Source of the DNA: Lingula anatina
Taxonomy: Eukaryota > Animalia > Brachiopoda
DNA length: 64,000 nt
Reading direction: 5' to 3'
Assembly (NCBI GenBank): GCA_051362555.1
Contig: CM120645.1
Span: 21,514,001-21,578,000 of the forward strand
Positions 13,036 to 24,886 of this stretch are shown piece after piece (the first letter of the stretch is position 1; each line of letters opens with the position of its first letter). The notes beneath the pieces are model-generated. The model saw nothing but the letters and a program-made list of their open reading frames with translations, searched no databases and was not told the DNA's origin. Made by a program: the position numbers and the translations under genes.

Positions 13036-15032
13036 GAAAATTTAAATCAAATGACCCTTTTTCGGATTTCGTCTTATTTTATGTTACTTTTATCTTGCTG
13101 GCCATGCAAACTTACCTAGGGAGAACTACAAATGCATGTTTTTATTTTTTGAAAATATTTAATTTTATTTTACAACAGCACTGACACATTACAAACAACT
13201 CATGGAAAATATTCAAGTTTAATGTGTAATATGTATATGCTGATCCTCGGCATTAAGTTGGTTCAACAGAGAAGTTTACAAATGTTTACATATAAAATAC
13301 TATACAATTCTAAGCACAGTTTTTGTCGCCTGGGCACATAAATACCACCAATACATTAATTTAAAAGCTATAATATTAATACTTGCATATCACTGCTTAC
13401 TAAGAACCTATCTTCTAAGGCAGACAGTGTATGTTATCATCTTCAACTAAATTGTTTATAATTAAAGCAAGCACTTATCACATTATTTATATTATTCTTG
13501 ACAAATACTGAATAAAGCAGTCCGTTTTCACGCTGGCAAAAAAGTTCATCACAGTGAAGAAAAGAGGGATACAAAATACAGTCAATTATAATTTTAAAGC
13601 ACCATAGTTTGTTATAATAATTACACATGAATAAGTAAAACTTAACATTCATCTAATCATAATATTGTTGTAAGTTACAAGATTAACAGCACCTATAGTA
13701 AATATCAAATGTTGAATACACTATAATACAAACTTGTGAAAATCAATTCAAAGGGATAAATCATTGCCTTTTTTTCTTTGAGGGTGACAGTCTTACATAT
13801 CACAAACTTTTTTTCCTTAATAACCTGTACTTGAATTATATCAAAATTGTATCAAATGTATCAACATTATCAAAAGTATGTTGTTTTTTTTTCATTGATG
13901 TAATTACTAACCCTGCTCAAAAATTGCATTTTCTTCTGGTAAGCAAAATTGAAAGGAATGCATGTAACCATTATTTTGATTGGCTGATGCCGATTCCATG
14001 ATGGTGGTTCACCTAAATAATTTACTACTGCCTGTGGTCTAAAATAGTGAAGTTTTCCTTGTTATAAAACAGGCACAATATTTTTTCTAACTTGACTACA
14101 ACTGATTTATCTCGTGTCATAGCAGTAAGTCAAAGACTAAAATCAGGTTCTGAAAATGTGGCCCAATTTCTAGGATGAGGTTCTTCTGGGAAACAGAAAC
14201 AATGTGCATACATGCATTTATGTATATTGTAAGTTTTAATAGTAATGCTGTCCATAATACCCAGTGAATAATCCCTAAAAAGCACCATTTGTGTTAGATT
14301 TAGTATAAAATAGGGTCCTATAATTTGGAAATAATGCTGGATAGCCTGCGACACCAAACAACTTAAGTTGAAACTCAGTCTTAGAAGAAACTACTGAGAC
14401 CTTTAATTGACCAAGTCACATAAAATCTTTAAAGCTACTTACCTCTATTTTTCAGTATCTTAACCATGCCCGCTTTGAATAAGTGTACAGTACAATGTAC
14501 ATAGTTCATGCATACGTACATACAGTGATATTATTATACATACATGTCTTGTCAGCAACTTTTATATATTTATCCCCTATGGGTACACATGATACACAAA
14601 CAGACTTCACAAACTGCAGAGTTTCAAACTTTTGTCCATAATCAGATGTGATTCTACTCGGATCAATTTCAGATTCGATAAGTGCCAACTTCTTCATTGT
14701 TTTATTTCCCCAGCATGCCCACGTGTCTTAACTCAAGCAGCATTTGATTTAAGTTCACCATGTCAATCACAAACGTAAAATCAGGGATGAGACTGCCATT
14801 TAGTGGAAAAGTTGGAAAATATTGCTTGGGGTCCAGGGGGTCGCCAAGGTCAATGATATTTTTGGCTCCCAAAAAAGTCGGAAATCTGCCAATAGACGAA
14901 AAACCTCAACCCCGAAAATGTTTTTTTTTAATCTTTTTCGCATACCCTTCTACAGTACCACAAAATCCATCATGAATGCAACACCCATCTGTGCCTTACA
15001 TGGCAAACTTAAAAAGAGGTCAAAGACCTGTG

Positions 15033-18000
15033 TCAAGCTAGCTGATACTGTCTGAGGGAACAAACAACATCTCGTATGATCACTTTACATTTCTCTGCCA
15101 CATCTTTAGAAAACAATAGTATGTTCAGTCTCTTGTGGAGATTTTGTGCCACAGTGCCATCTGAAAAATCAATAACATACAGATCTGTAAATTTGGTGAA
15201 GTTACACAAAGATTCAGATTAGCTAATATAGACAAAAATCAAACAAAGAAGAACTAGAAAAACACTTCAAGAGCACAGACCTCCGGCAAGGCAGCAAAGT
15301 ATCCACCCAATGCCGTTTCACCCCTAAATTTTCATTCTATAATGATTTAGTTTTTTGATTATTGATTATTGATTGATTATTGATCAGGATCAAAATCAAA
15401 AACTAATCATCTGTTCCTTGGCCCACTTCTGACAATTCCTGAAAATTTCATCAAAATCGGTCCATAACTTTTTCTGTAATGTTGCTAACAGACAGACAGA
15501 CAGTCAGACAAACTGACGGAACCAAAAACATAACCTCCTTGGTGGGGGTAATTATATAACATAAGTTACATAATCATTATTACTTCAAAAATTATATTTC
15601 AATTACTTATTTAAAAAAAAGCATAGCACACTGTAATTCTAAAACAATAAATACTTTAATATCAAACATAACTCACTTGTCTTTAAAGCTTCAGTGACAG
15701 GTCCATGGAGTAGATGTTGTAGACACAAACAAGCTGTCTCCAGATGTGGACTCAGCTGAACTGGCTCCAATAGTGTCTCCAGCTTCTCCAGCAGTTTCAT
15801 GGCTGGTTTAACTCTTGATGTCCTGAAATTTTGATAAAGCATATAATTAGCATAATATTTGGGAATAAATTAACATATTATCAGCATATATTTTTTAAAA
15901 AGACTGCTTTTGCTGAAAACAGCATGCCCAAAACAGACTACTATTGCACCAATGGTAATTTTGTTTATTTATCATTACTATTTTTTTTTTTTTTTGCAAA
16001 ACAAAATGAATTGGGAATATAATCAAAACATAAAGAATTTAAAATATAATCATAAAAAAATTATTTGCTTTTAACAAGCAATTCCCCAAAATGACCATCT
16101 CAACTTACTTGCTAGTAGCAGCCTCAATGATGTTCACCACAATGGCTGGGTCCACATCTTTCAGGATCTTCCCTTCCAAATACCTGGGGTCCTTTCCCCT
16201 TGTGATGCAGTCCAACAGGTAGGGTGACCCCTTGACCTCTGACAGGACCTCGCTCAGTGGCTTGTCCAGTAAACTTAGGGAGGAGATGGGCTTCTTCTCT
16301 TTCCATAGGGTGAAGATGTGGTTGAGGATCTGACGGAGGAGATATTGAACATTTTAATATCAAGTTTACAACTGAATTCGATCATCTTGCACTTTGATTT
16401 CAATATTTTTCATTGATAAATATTCAAAATGAAAGAAGATTAATGCATTGGATCCATTGTGTAATACAAATTTGATTCAAATTAGTACCCTACAGTTATT
16501 GAAAATAAATAAAATGAATTGAAAAATCAATGCACAAATATTATCACTAAATTAATTTTTTATACAAATTCATGATAGACAAATGTGATTTAGTCACTGT
16601 TAAATAGTATACTAACATGAAGTAATATTATTTTTGTAGGATGCTAATATGACATTCAGCAAGTTGTCATTTCTCTTGAAGATAAAACAATAAGCAAATA
16701 GGTAATCACTGTTAGCATACTTATGTAGGTGCAAGCTTTGTTTATAAAAATCATGAGGGAAAAAGATTAATCTGATACCTCTTGGTTTAAAAAAAATTAT
16801 GAACAAATCAAAAGTGAACAGTCTGTTTCTATCATGCCACGTGATTTTGTTTCTCTACAGTATACAAGGTGAAACAAGATTTTTATACCAAAAGGTATCA
16901 GATCTTCTCTCTCTCATATTTTCTAATGGAGCTCAATTCGAAGTCTTGTTATAAAATCAATGTGAACTAAAGGAATAAACTGAAGATTTTAGCTGGAAAA
17001 CACCAACCAATTTTCTTACCAGAGTTCTCAGCGCTAAAATCTGGCACATTTTCTCATGATCATTACTCAAAGTATCTTCTTTGGATTCTTCCAGTTCGTA
17101 CAGCGGCTTCTGTTCTGTGACCTTCATGGTGACATTAACAAGTGGAATTATCTGGAATGTTCTGTCCACTTTCTCCACCACAGGTTTCTTCCCAATAACA
17201 GGTTTGCTTCGTTTAATCCTGGAATTTTTTACAGTTAAATCTGCCTTGTTTTTTTCTATGGGTTTCAATGGCTGAGTATTTTCAGGCTGTTGGTTTTCAG
17301 TTTCAGAAGGTTTTTCTTCTTGGGGGATGAGGTCACTGACATGGTGTGTATCTTCTATGGGTGTCGTGGCGTCATTTTTGGCTAAAAGGGTGTCCACGTG
17401 AGGCTCATGTATGCTCCCCCACATGCGTCTGCTGCTGGTCATGTTATCGTCCTCACTAACGCACTCACCAAGGTCACTAGTGTCAAAATCGGGGACAAGT
17501 TTCTGAACCCAGGAGGGAGCCTCTGGCGGGGTGACATCACTTCGCGGAAGTTCGATAGACTCAGTCATGGAGCTCGTTGATAAAAGAGTGTCAACATCTG
17601 GCATGTGAACGCTGCCCCACATTTTTCTCGATTTTGAATCCTGGTCCTCTAGGTCCCTAATTTCCTCGGCAGACTTAGAATGTTTCACCTGATTTTCGGG
17701 CTCTGTTTCGTGGATATGTATGTTTTTCTCAGAGGAGAACCGTCTGACCCACTGGTGCATTTGAAATTCTTTGAATTTGGCATATTGAACCACTTTTCCT
17801 CCCGGAGAAACGGCACTGACTGACATAACACCATATCGTTCCTTCTCAGGAGCATATTTGGTCTCCTCACTCATCTTCACCCCTCCAGATATAGATTCTT
17901 TAGTTTCTTTGTTTTCTTTGGCAGTATTCACAATGGCACTATTTGTATGTAGTTCTTTGTTTGCTAAAATCAGGGTGAAGTTTCCTTTACTGACACTTTC

Positions 18001-21000
18001 TCTGTGCTTGTCTTTATCAGTATTTTCATTTTTTCTGTGATGATCTGCATGTTCATCGTGTTTGGCCTCTAGAGTTTCAGCACCGATTGTGGCACTCGAT
18101 ACTATAGGTGCCTTAGAATTTCCTTCGTTACCCTTTTTCTTATCTTGCTCAGCATCTGTTTCATCACAGATAACAGCAGCTCCACTTGCAACCTCAGTTG
18201 TATGATTTACTTGCGGTAATGAAAGTCTAGGTGAACCACCATGTTTTTGAAGACTCTTTTTCACTCCCTCCCTTCTTCTAAGCTTTGTTTCCAAATTAGT
18301 TGACTTGATCCTTGGACTAACTGCAGTTGGTGCCTGCTTTCTATCTAGAGGTCTAGGCGATTTTGCCTGCTTTGCTGTCTGAAGATCAGATTCTGAGGGA
18401 CTTTGCTCTGGTAATTTTGAATCCTTGTTTCCAGACTCCTGTTGGTCAGATTTTCTTAAAATTGATGGAGGCTGTGCTGGATATTGTTGTTCAGTTTTAG
18501 GCTGATCTTTTAGTCTTGGTTTTGGCCTTGGTGATACAGTCTCTCTTTGCTCTGATTCAGTGTTTTCTGATAGCCAAGCATTTCCTTGTGGCTGCCTAAG
18601 ATCTGACAGTCCTTCCACATGTCCAGTGTTTTTACTCAGAGTCTGTAATTGTGTTGAGTTCGAAGATAAGTTCTCAAAATCTGACATTTTCACACTTTGA
18701 TCAACAATGTTCTTTTCTTTAATATTCTCTGGTAACACAGCACATAGATCTGATATTGTGTCTGTTACATTCTGACTGACCACCTCTCCAGCATCCCCAA
18801 CCTTGGTGGCTTGACCACTGTCCAGGCTGCCAACATGACCACTGTCTGCACTGCCAGCTTGAGCAATATCCAGTCTGTTAGTATGCAATTCAGCCACTGA
18901 AGCATTCTCATCTATGGTTTCATCTTCAGTGGCTTTGCAGTCTAATTTTATTTCTTCTCCGACAAAGTCACTAACAGGATTGGCAACCTTATCATTTCCT
19001 ATATTTGCATCTTGAGAGCCATCAATTTCTGTAGTCAATTTCCCTTCCTTTACATCCACATTAGCTGTAAGGCAATCGTCACTGAGGTTTTCAGGACTTC
19101 TTGAGTCCTTGCAAGTAGCACTAGTATTATTACTTATTGTACATTCATCAATGACTTCTGTAGACTCTACAGTTTTTGCTACTCTATCAGTGTCAAAAGA
19201 ATCCTTTGTCAGCAAAGATTTATTTTCATTGTCAATATTTTCCTCTGCTGTCAAGCTGGATATTTTTTGCGTTGATATATTGGCATTATCACTTTTGATT
19301 TCCTGAGATGGGTCAGATTTATCTAGATGGTTGCTATCATTGGGAACTTTCTTACAAGAGGCTGATGGGATATCTTGGGTTTGTGCTTTCGGTGTGTCCT
19401 GACTTGTGCTCGAGTCCAAATCAAGTGACACAATATCACCTGTTCCAAAAAGTAGAGATGCCACATCATCGTAAACATAGTCATTGGAAGACAAATGCTG
19501 AAAATCAGGTCTCTCACTTTCTGATGCCTTTTGGGGGGTTCCATTGCTAGAAGTAAAGTCCTGAGAAACAGAATTACCTGGCAATGTCACTGCATTGTCG
19601 TAAATGTCTGCAGCAGATTCCTGACCTGTAATTGCATTTTTCACATTCACTGTGTCCCCTGTAGTTTGAGTGTCATCACACAAAGTGGGTGTATCACCTT
19701 TGTTATCCGATGAACTCTGTACTGTCACCTTATCCCCTGTAATGATGACATCATCATAGTCTGCTGCTGTGTAACCTTGGTTACAACGTGAACTCTGACC
19801 TGTGGTGTCATCTGGACCATAGGTGTCACCACTCACACTCTTTTTGCTTATGTCACATGAAATATCTGCCTTGGAATGTGTGTCAGTTGGAATGTTTGGC
19901 TGTGACTGAGATAAGGTGGATAGCAGATTTCCATCGTGTTTCCCTGACGAAGAGAAACTATCAGATCCACTGATATCGCCATGGTAATGCAATTCATCAA
20001 AAGACGATTCTCCATCTGTGGTTGTTATTGATCCGCCAAATGTGTCGTCTGCAAATGAAACTTTCTTGTTCATTTGGTCCATGGAGGGAAATTTTTTCAA
20101 GATTCCCCTGGCAGGAGGCGACACTGGAGGTGGGGACATGTTGTCCACCTTTATGTCTGGTGAATTTTCACAAGCTCTGAAAATATAGCAAAAAAGACTT
20201 TAAATATGTGTTAATTGTTTTGCATCATTTCTAATACTGATCTCCTTTAAGAAGCCACAATTCCACACATATACACATTGAATTATTTTTTCAGAAATAT
20301 AATTACATTTGAATATTGCACAGTTGGGCAGCTTATCCAATAAGCACACCAAGTTAAGGTCATGTGACCAACGTGTGACAAAAAAGACAGCATTCAGTTG
20401 CAACATGGTCTAAACATGTTACAAACAGGTTTTTATAGAATTTTAAAGAACCTACTGTGACTGATCTTCTTCACTTTCTGAGGCAGCAACAAAAAAGTTG
20501 AGCAGACGTTTCCCTTCAGTGACTATGCCAATGTCTTTGTGGTGATATTCCATCATGTGTTTCACCACTGGAATGGAGTACTGGGCAATATGTTCCAACA
20601 CTGCTACATGCTTGTCAATCTCAGACTGGGTCAAGTGTCGCGTTTTCTCTGAAAAATTTAAAAAAAATGTAGCTAGGAGGTAAAATTTGCAGTCTTATCA
20701 TGGAGTTTTGTTCTGCTTTTTGCCTGACACATATCAGCTGCAGAGAGAATCAGAATTTTCTGTAAAATGATTATATATTGTATTATTTAGGAAATTGACA
20801 ACAAATACTTAATATACTTTAACAATCCTAAAACCTCACAAGTATACTGCGTTTTTTCTTTCTGTAATATGTAACTCAAAAACTTACTGTTTTTCATTAG
20901 TCCCTGAACCAAAGATGTTTGTGAAGCTGCTACATTCGCCACAGCCTGAGCTGCCATTTTGACTACTGCAGGCTTCTCTTTAAAATTGTGCATGGCACGA

Positions 21001-24000
21001 GTTAACAGATCAACACCGCTCTCTCGTACTGGAGCCTGAAAATTACCATTTATAAACAGTTACACGGAACGCTCACACCTGATCTTGTATACCACTTACT
21101 AAAACAATTTACTTTCACAAAGGCCAATGATAGACAGTTAGTATAATTATTATAAAAGAATACTGAATATTATACAAAAAATGGAAAAATGGAAAAATCA
21201 TATGGATGAAAATTTGAAGAACAAATAAATAAAAGATTGCAACATCAGTCAAAATACACAAGAAAGTTATTATCTAAATAAAAGAAACACTTCACCACAC
21301 ACACCTTCTGGTTTGGCAGCGGTCTGTACTGTGCCAACATTGCCAGTATCCTACAGCAGTGGAGCTGAACCATCTCCACTGCACAGTGTGCTGCCATTGT
21401 CCCCATCACTGTCGCTGCAGCATGGCACTGGATGAAGATTTCACTGTTCTGAGGGATGCGACAAAGTATTGCCAGAATTCTCAGCCACATTACATTACTT
21501 TCAACAGGGTCCTATAAGTAAATATGAAGACATAAGACTCTACAGTTACTGTTACATAGTAAAGCCTAGGTCCCAACAACATTTTGGACGCACGGTTTTT
21601 AGGCTCCCTGCGTCCTGCTAGGAAGTAGCTAGATCGCAAGTAGCGGCTGTTGATCATGTCGAAAAGTTTTTATGTGCTGTTTGCATCCTCCAAAAGTCGC
21701 ACGATGGACGTGCTCCTCACACACAAACTCCCACGTTTTCCCCATCTTTTGGCTGTAGACCACACGTAGCAGCCCGTACGTTCGGTTGGGACCTAGGCTT
21801 AACGGTTAGATATTTGGAATTAAGGACTACTGAAGAAGAGATGCAAGCTAACATCGAAGGTACAGTACCTCTATCCCACAACATGGTGGTAACTGGACAC
21901 TCTGTTAAAAAGTATTCCAATTTGGACAGTGCAATGATTGCAATAAAGCCAGTCACTGTATACTTGTTGTTAATAAGTTATTTCACTTAGCAATCAAAAT
22001 ATTGAAAGTTTGGACTTTCATCCCAATACTGGTCAAATTAATTTCTATTATTCAAAGATACCAGCAAAATGTTTACATGACTTGTTTCAAAACTCTATAT
22101 TACATTCATTACCAGTGAGTATTGGAGCAACTGCACCATTAGTTTTATCAAAGGAGCAAAGATGGCATGGCTCTCTCCACCCATTGCTTTCTCCTCCTGG
22201 CGATATTCAGTAATGAAGTCGCGAAATGCTGAGTCATCTTGGGTGGCTATTTCCTGTGTTGAAAAACAAATGAACAAATTAAAATAGAAAACATTTTGAA
22301 AGCAGTGGAGTTCACAAAATATACATTGTTCACTGTAAATATTTAGAGTTATAAAGCAGCTTTGAAAAATTTTCAATAAGACTCCTAAGGCTAGTAAATA
22401 AATCCGGTACAAAATATACATTTTAATTATACACTTTTAAATATACACTTCTAAAAAAGTGCTTGCAAATTCTCATCAAAACACAATTCCAAATTTTCAG
22501 CCAAACAAATCAACAAATTCTTTGGTAAAGAATAATGAAAATATTAAAACTCGAGATACAATTTGTCTAAAAAGCAGTGTCTTCTGTCTTACCGTCTTCT
22601 ATAAATTAAAACCTAAAAACACCACAGTCTGTCTTTAATTTCATAGCACTATCTTCTTAAGGCTAGGGTCATTACTCAAAACTCATTCCACTTTTTACAA
22701 TTATAATTTCTTTAATAGTTACTTGAAACATTTTGAAGATTGTGTCCACCTCCACTGCTCCAAGCTCAGAATCACAATACAACAGAAGCTGGCGGCTGGT
22801 GTAGGATGCTGATAAACTTGATACCTGAGGTATTTAGAAAAAGCAGTTTGAATATCCCTTATTGTCATGAAACTGATCTTTTATGTGGTTTGGAAACTTC
22901 CATACTAAATGTTAATAAGATGAGGAGGCCACGTGGCACAAGAATAAAACTGTCATCTTTTATGTCAGATTATGTTATTAATTTTTTCCCTTTAATAATA
23001 AAAACAAACTTTGTTATCATATAAATCAATCTATCAAAAAGGACACCACCTCCACTTTTGAATTAATACTTTACCCTATGCATAACACATACAGTTAGTA
23101 TTTACATACCCCATTAGACATTTTCCATTTATCTTAGGGTAATATAGCTAAAGGGAATTTCAAGCTTTTGCCTGTAAGAAACTTACTCCTATCAGCCAGA
23201 GAGATTATCCCTGACACCAAATTCAAACTGCACCTTGAGACAAAGTTTTTCTCATCAGAGATCAGATTTTAAAAATCATTATAAAAAAATGCTAGATTGC
23301 ATGATGAAAATGATGTTAGTCATCACAAAAAGCAAAAGTGTCATCATTTGACACACAGAAGTTCCACTTCACCTGTTCTGGTGTTTTTAACTGTGCAAAC
23401 AGCTGGTCGTCTTCAGACAGGACACACCATTCTGATGACAGAGAGGACTCTTCTTCCAGTGAGTGCAACGGTAGTGACATCTGGGGGAGAGAAAGAAAGT
23501 AATCAAATATAATAGACAGTCATGGTGTGTATAAACATTCTGAATCAAATATTTGTACTATTATCAGTCTGTCGCATAAGTACTGGTTCGACACAAATAC
23601 TACTGCAGAAATTGAAGCCAGGCTAGTAATTTTTTTTCATATCTTCACTCACCAAATACTATGTCTGCCCATGACTTAAGATTTCTAGACTTTGTTGCCC
23701 TGAGGGGCCACCTGATAAAGTTTTTGGCTCATTACTATTATCACAGGCTTGGGGAAAATGACCAAGCTGAATTTATTTAAAGTATATTAACATGTGTTTT
23801 GACAATTAAGCAAAAGATGAAGTAAAATAAACAGACTAACTGAAAACAGAGAGCAGGGTCTTACTGCAAAACTTACTGTCTTTTACTAAATCTACATTTT
23901 AATACCTCTGTCTTTAACTTCGAAGCACTGTCTTCTGCTTCTTCTTTTGGCCTTTGGTACTCAAATGTCCTCTTTGGCTTTGGGGGAGGCATCTTTGGAA

Positions 24001-24093
24001 GATTTTCATTTGGACTTCCTGGACTTTTCTTCTTCTTTTTGGGCTCTTTGGATCGATAGCGGTAGAAAAATGAACCACATTTTATAGTGTTAC
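15033..24093 (-). CDS. Uncharacterised armadillo-like repeat protein A with a long disordered region (about 1545 aa from ATG 23992, or about 1710 aa if spliced to the upstream exons); exons 24093-23906, 23480-23373, 22824-22723, 22253-22113, 21511-21305, 21035-20888, 20648-20456, 20176-17020, 16329-16109, 15822-15677, 15160-15033
   Basis: Phase-consistent GT-AG exons and a 1063-codon open frame. ARM-type helices of the LRRK2 N-terminal kind (VMGTMAAHCAVEMVQLHCCRILAML; GVDLLTRAMHNFKEKPAVVKMAAQAVANV). Helical C-terminal domain ending RQYQLA*. Confidence 0.85.
15252..15552. mobile_element. Non-autonomous Helentron-associated (HINE/DINE-like) element in the last intron of gene A
   Basis: Starts AACTAG; subterminal ACCTCCGGCAAGG is inverted to the terminal hairpin ACCTCCTTGGTGGGGGT; internal (GACA)n and (ATTGATT)n tracts; aaaatttcatcaaaatcggtccataac core. 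Confidence 0.6.
21563..21799. mobile_element. MITE, PIF/Harbinger-like
   Basis: TIRs AGCCTAGGTCCCAAC ... GTTGGGACCTAGGCT; TAA direct repeat at 21560-21562 and 21800-21802. Confidence 0.8.
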
Positions 24094-24383
24094 CTGAAAT
24101 TGGAAAGAAAAACAAAGGTCAGTTTTTCAGTAAAATTACAGAAAATTTACAGAAGACAGACCACAGCACATACTCAACATACAATGCTCAGACTAGACCC
24201 AAGGGGAACATAACTTTTTGGGCTCTTTGGATCGATAGCGGTAGAAAAATGAACCACATTTTATAGTGTTACCTGAAATTGGAAAGAAAAACAAAGGTCA
24301 GTTTTTCAGTAAAATTACAGAAAATTTACAGAAGACAGACCACAGCACATACTCAACAGACAATGCTCAGACTAGACCCAAGG
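24035..24383. repeat. Recent 170-bp tandem duplication (24035-24204 and 24214-24383) with a 9-bp spacer
   Basis: Copies are identical except one base (caacat/caacag); the unit contains a splice acceptor of gene A. Confidence 0.9.
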
Positions 24384-24886
24384 TCAGCTCATATATATTC
24401 CGTTTTTTTATGCAGCCAAATCAAGTTACTTTTCTATATATTTACAGTATTTTTATTTATATACTAACCTTACCAAGTGAGTACCCCTTCTTGTTTCAAA
24501 TTTAAAAATTACATTCTAAAACGATGCAGCCTCTTCTATCTGTTTTAATATAAGTGTCTGCTAGTAAGCATTCACAATAGCAATAGCATTGGCCTACTTT
24601 CAAATCATGTGCCTCTTCTCACATATGAAATATATAGCCTGGCCCCCCCTTTATTTGTCAGTTATGTTCCCCTTGGCTATGTTGACCATGTGACAGACTG
24701 TCAGTCTTATAAATTACATCTTCAGCTAGCTAAACAGATGCACTTTCATTTTTAGATAGGTGGCACTTGACCTCAATACATTACACAGGTGCATTATAAC
24801 TACTAAATGCAAATATTAGCAGATATTTTTGGTGAAACAGGTTTTCATTGTCTCTTGTGTAATGGTGATTAAGACGCAAAACATTT

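Noticed and set aside
14782-14950. Possible decayed hAT-like MITE in the gene A 3' region (CAGGGATGAG start)
   Set aside because: Right TIR and TSD are not convincing.
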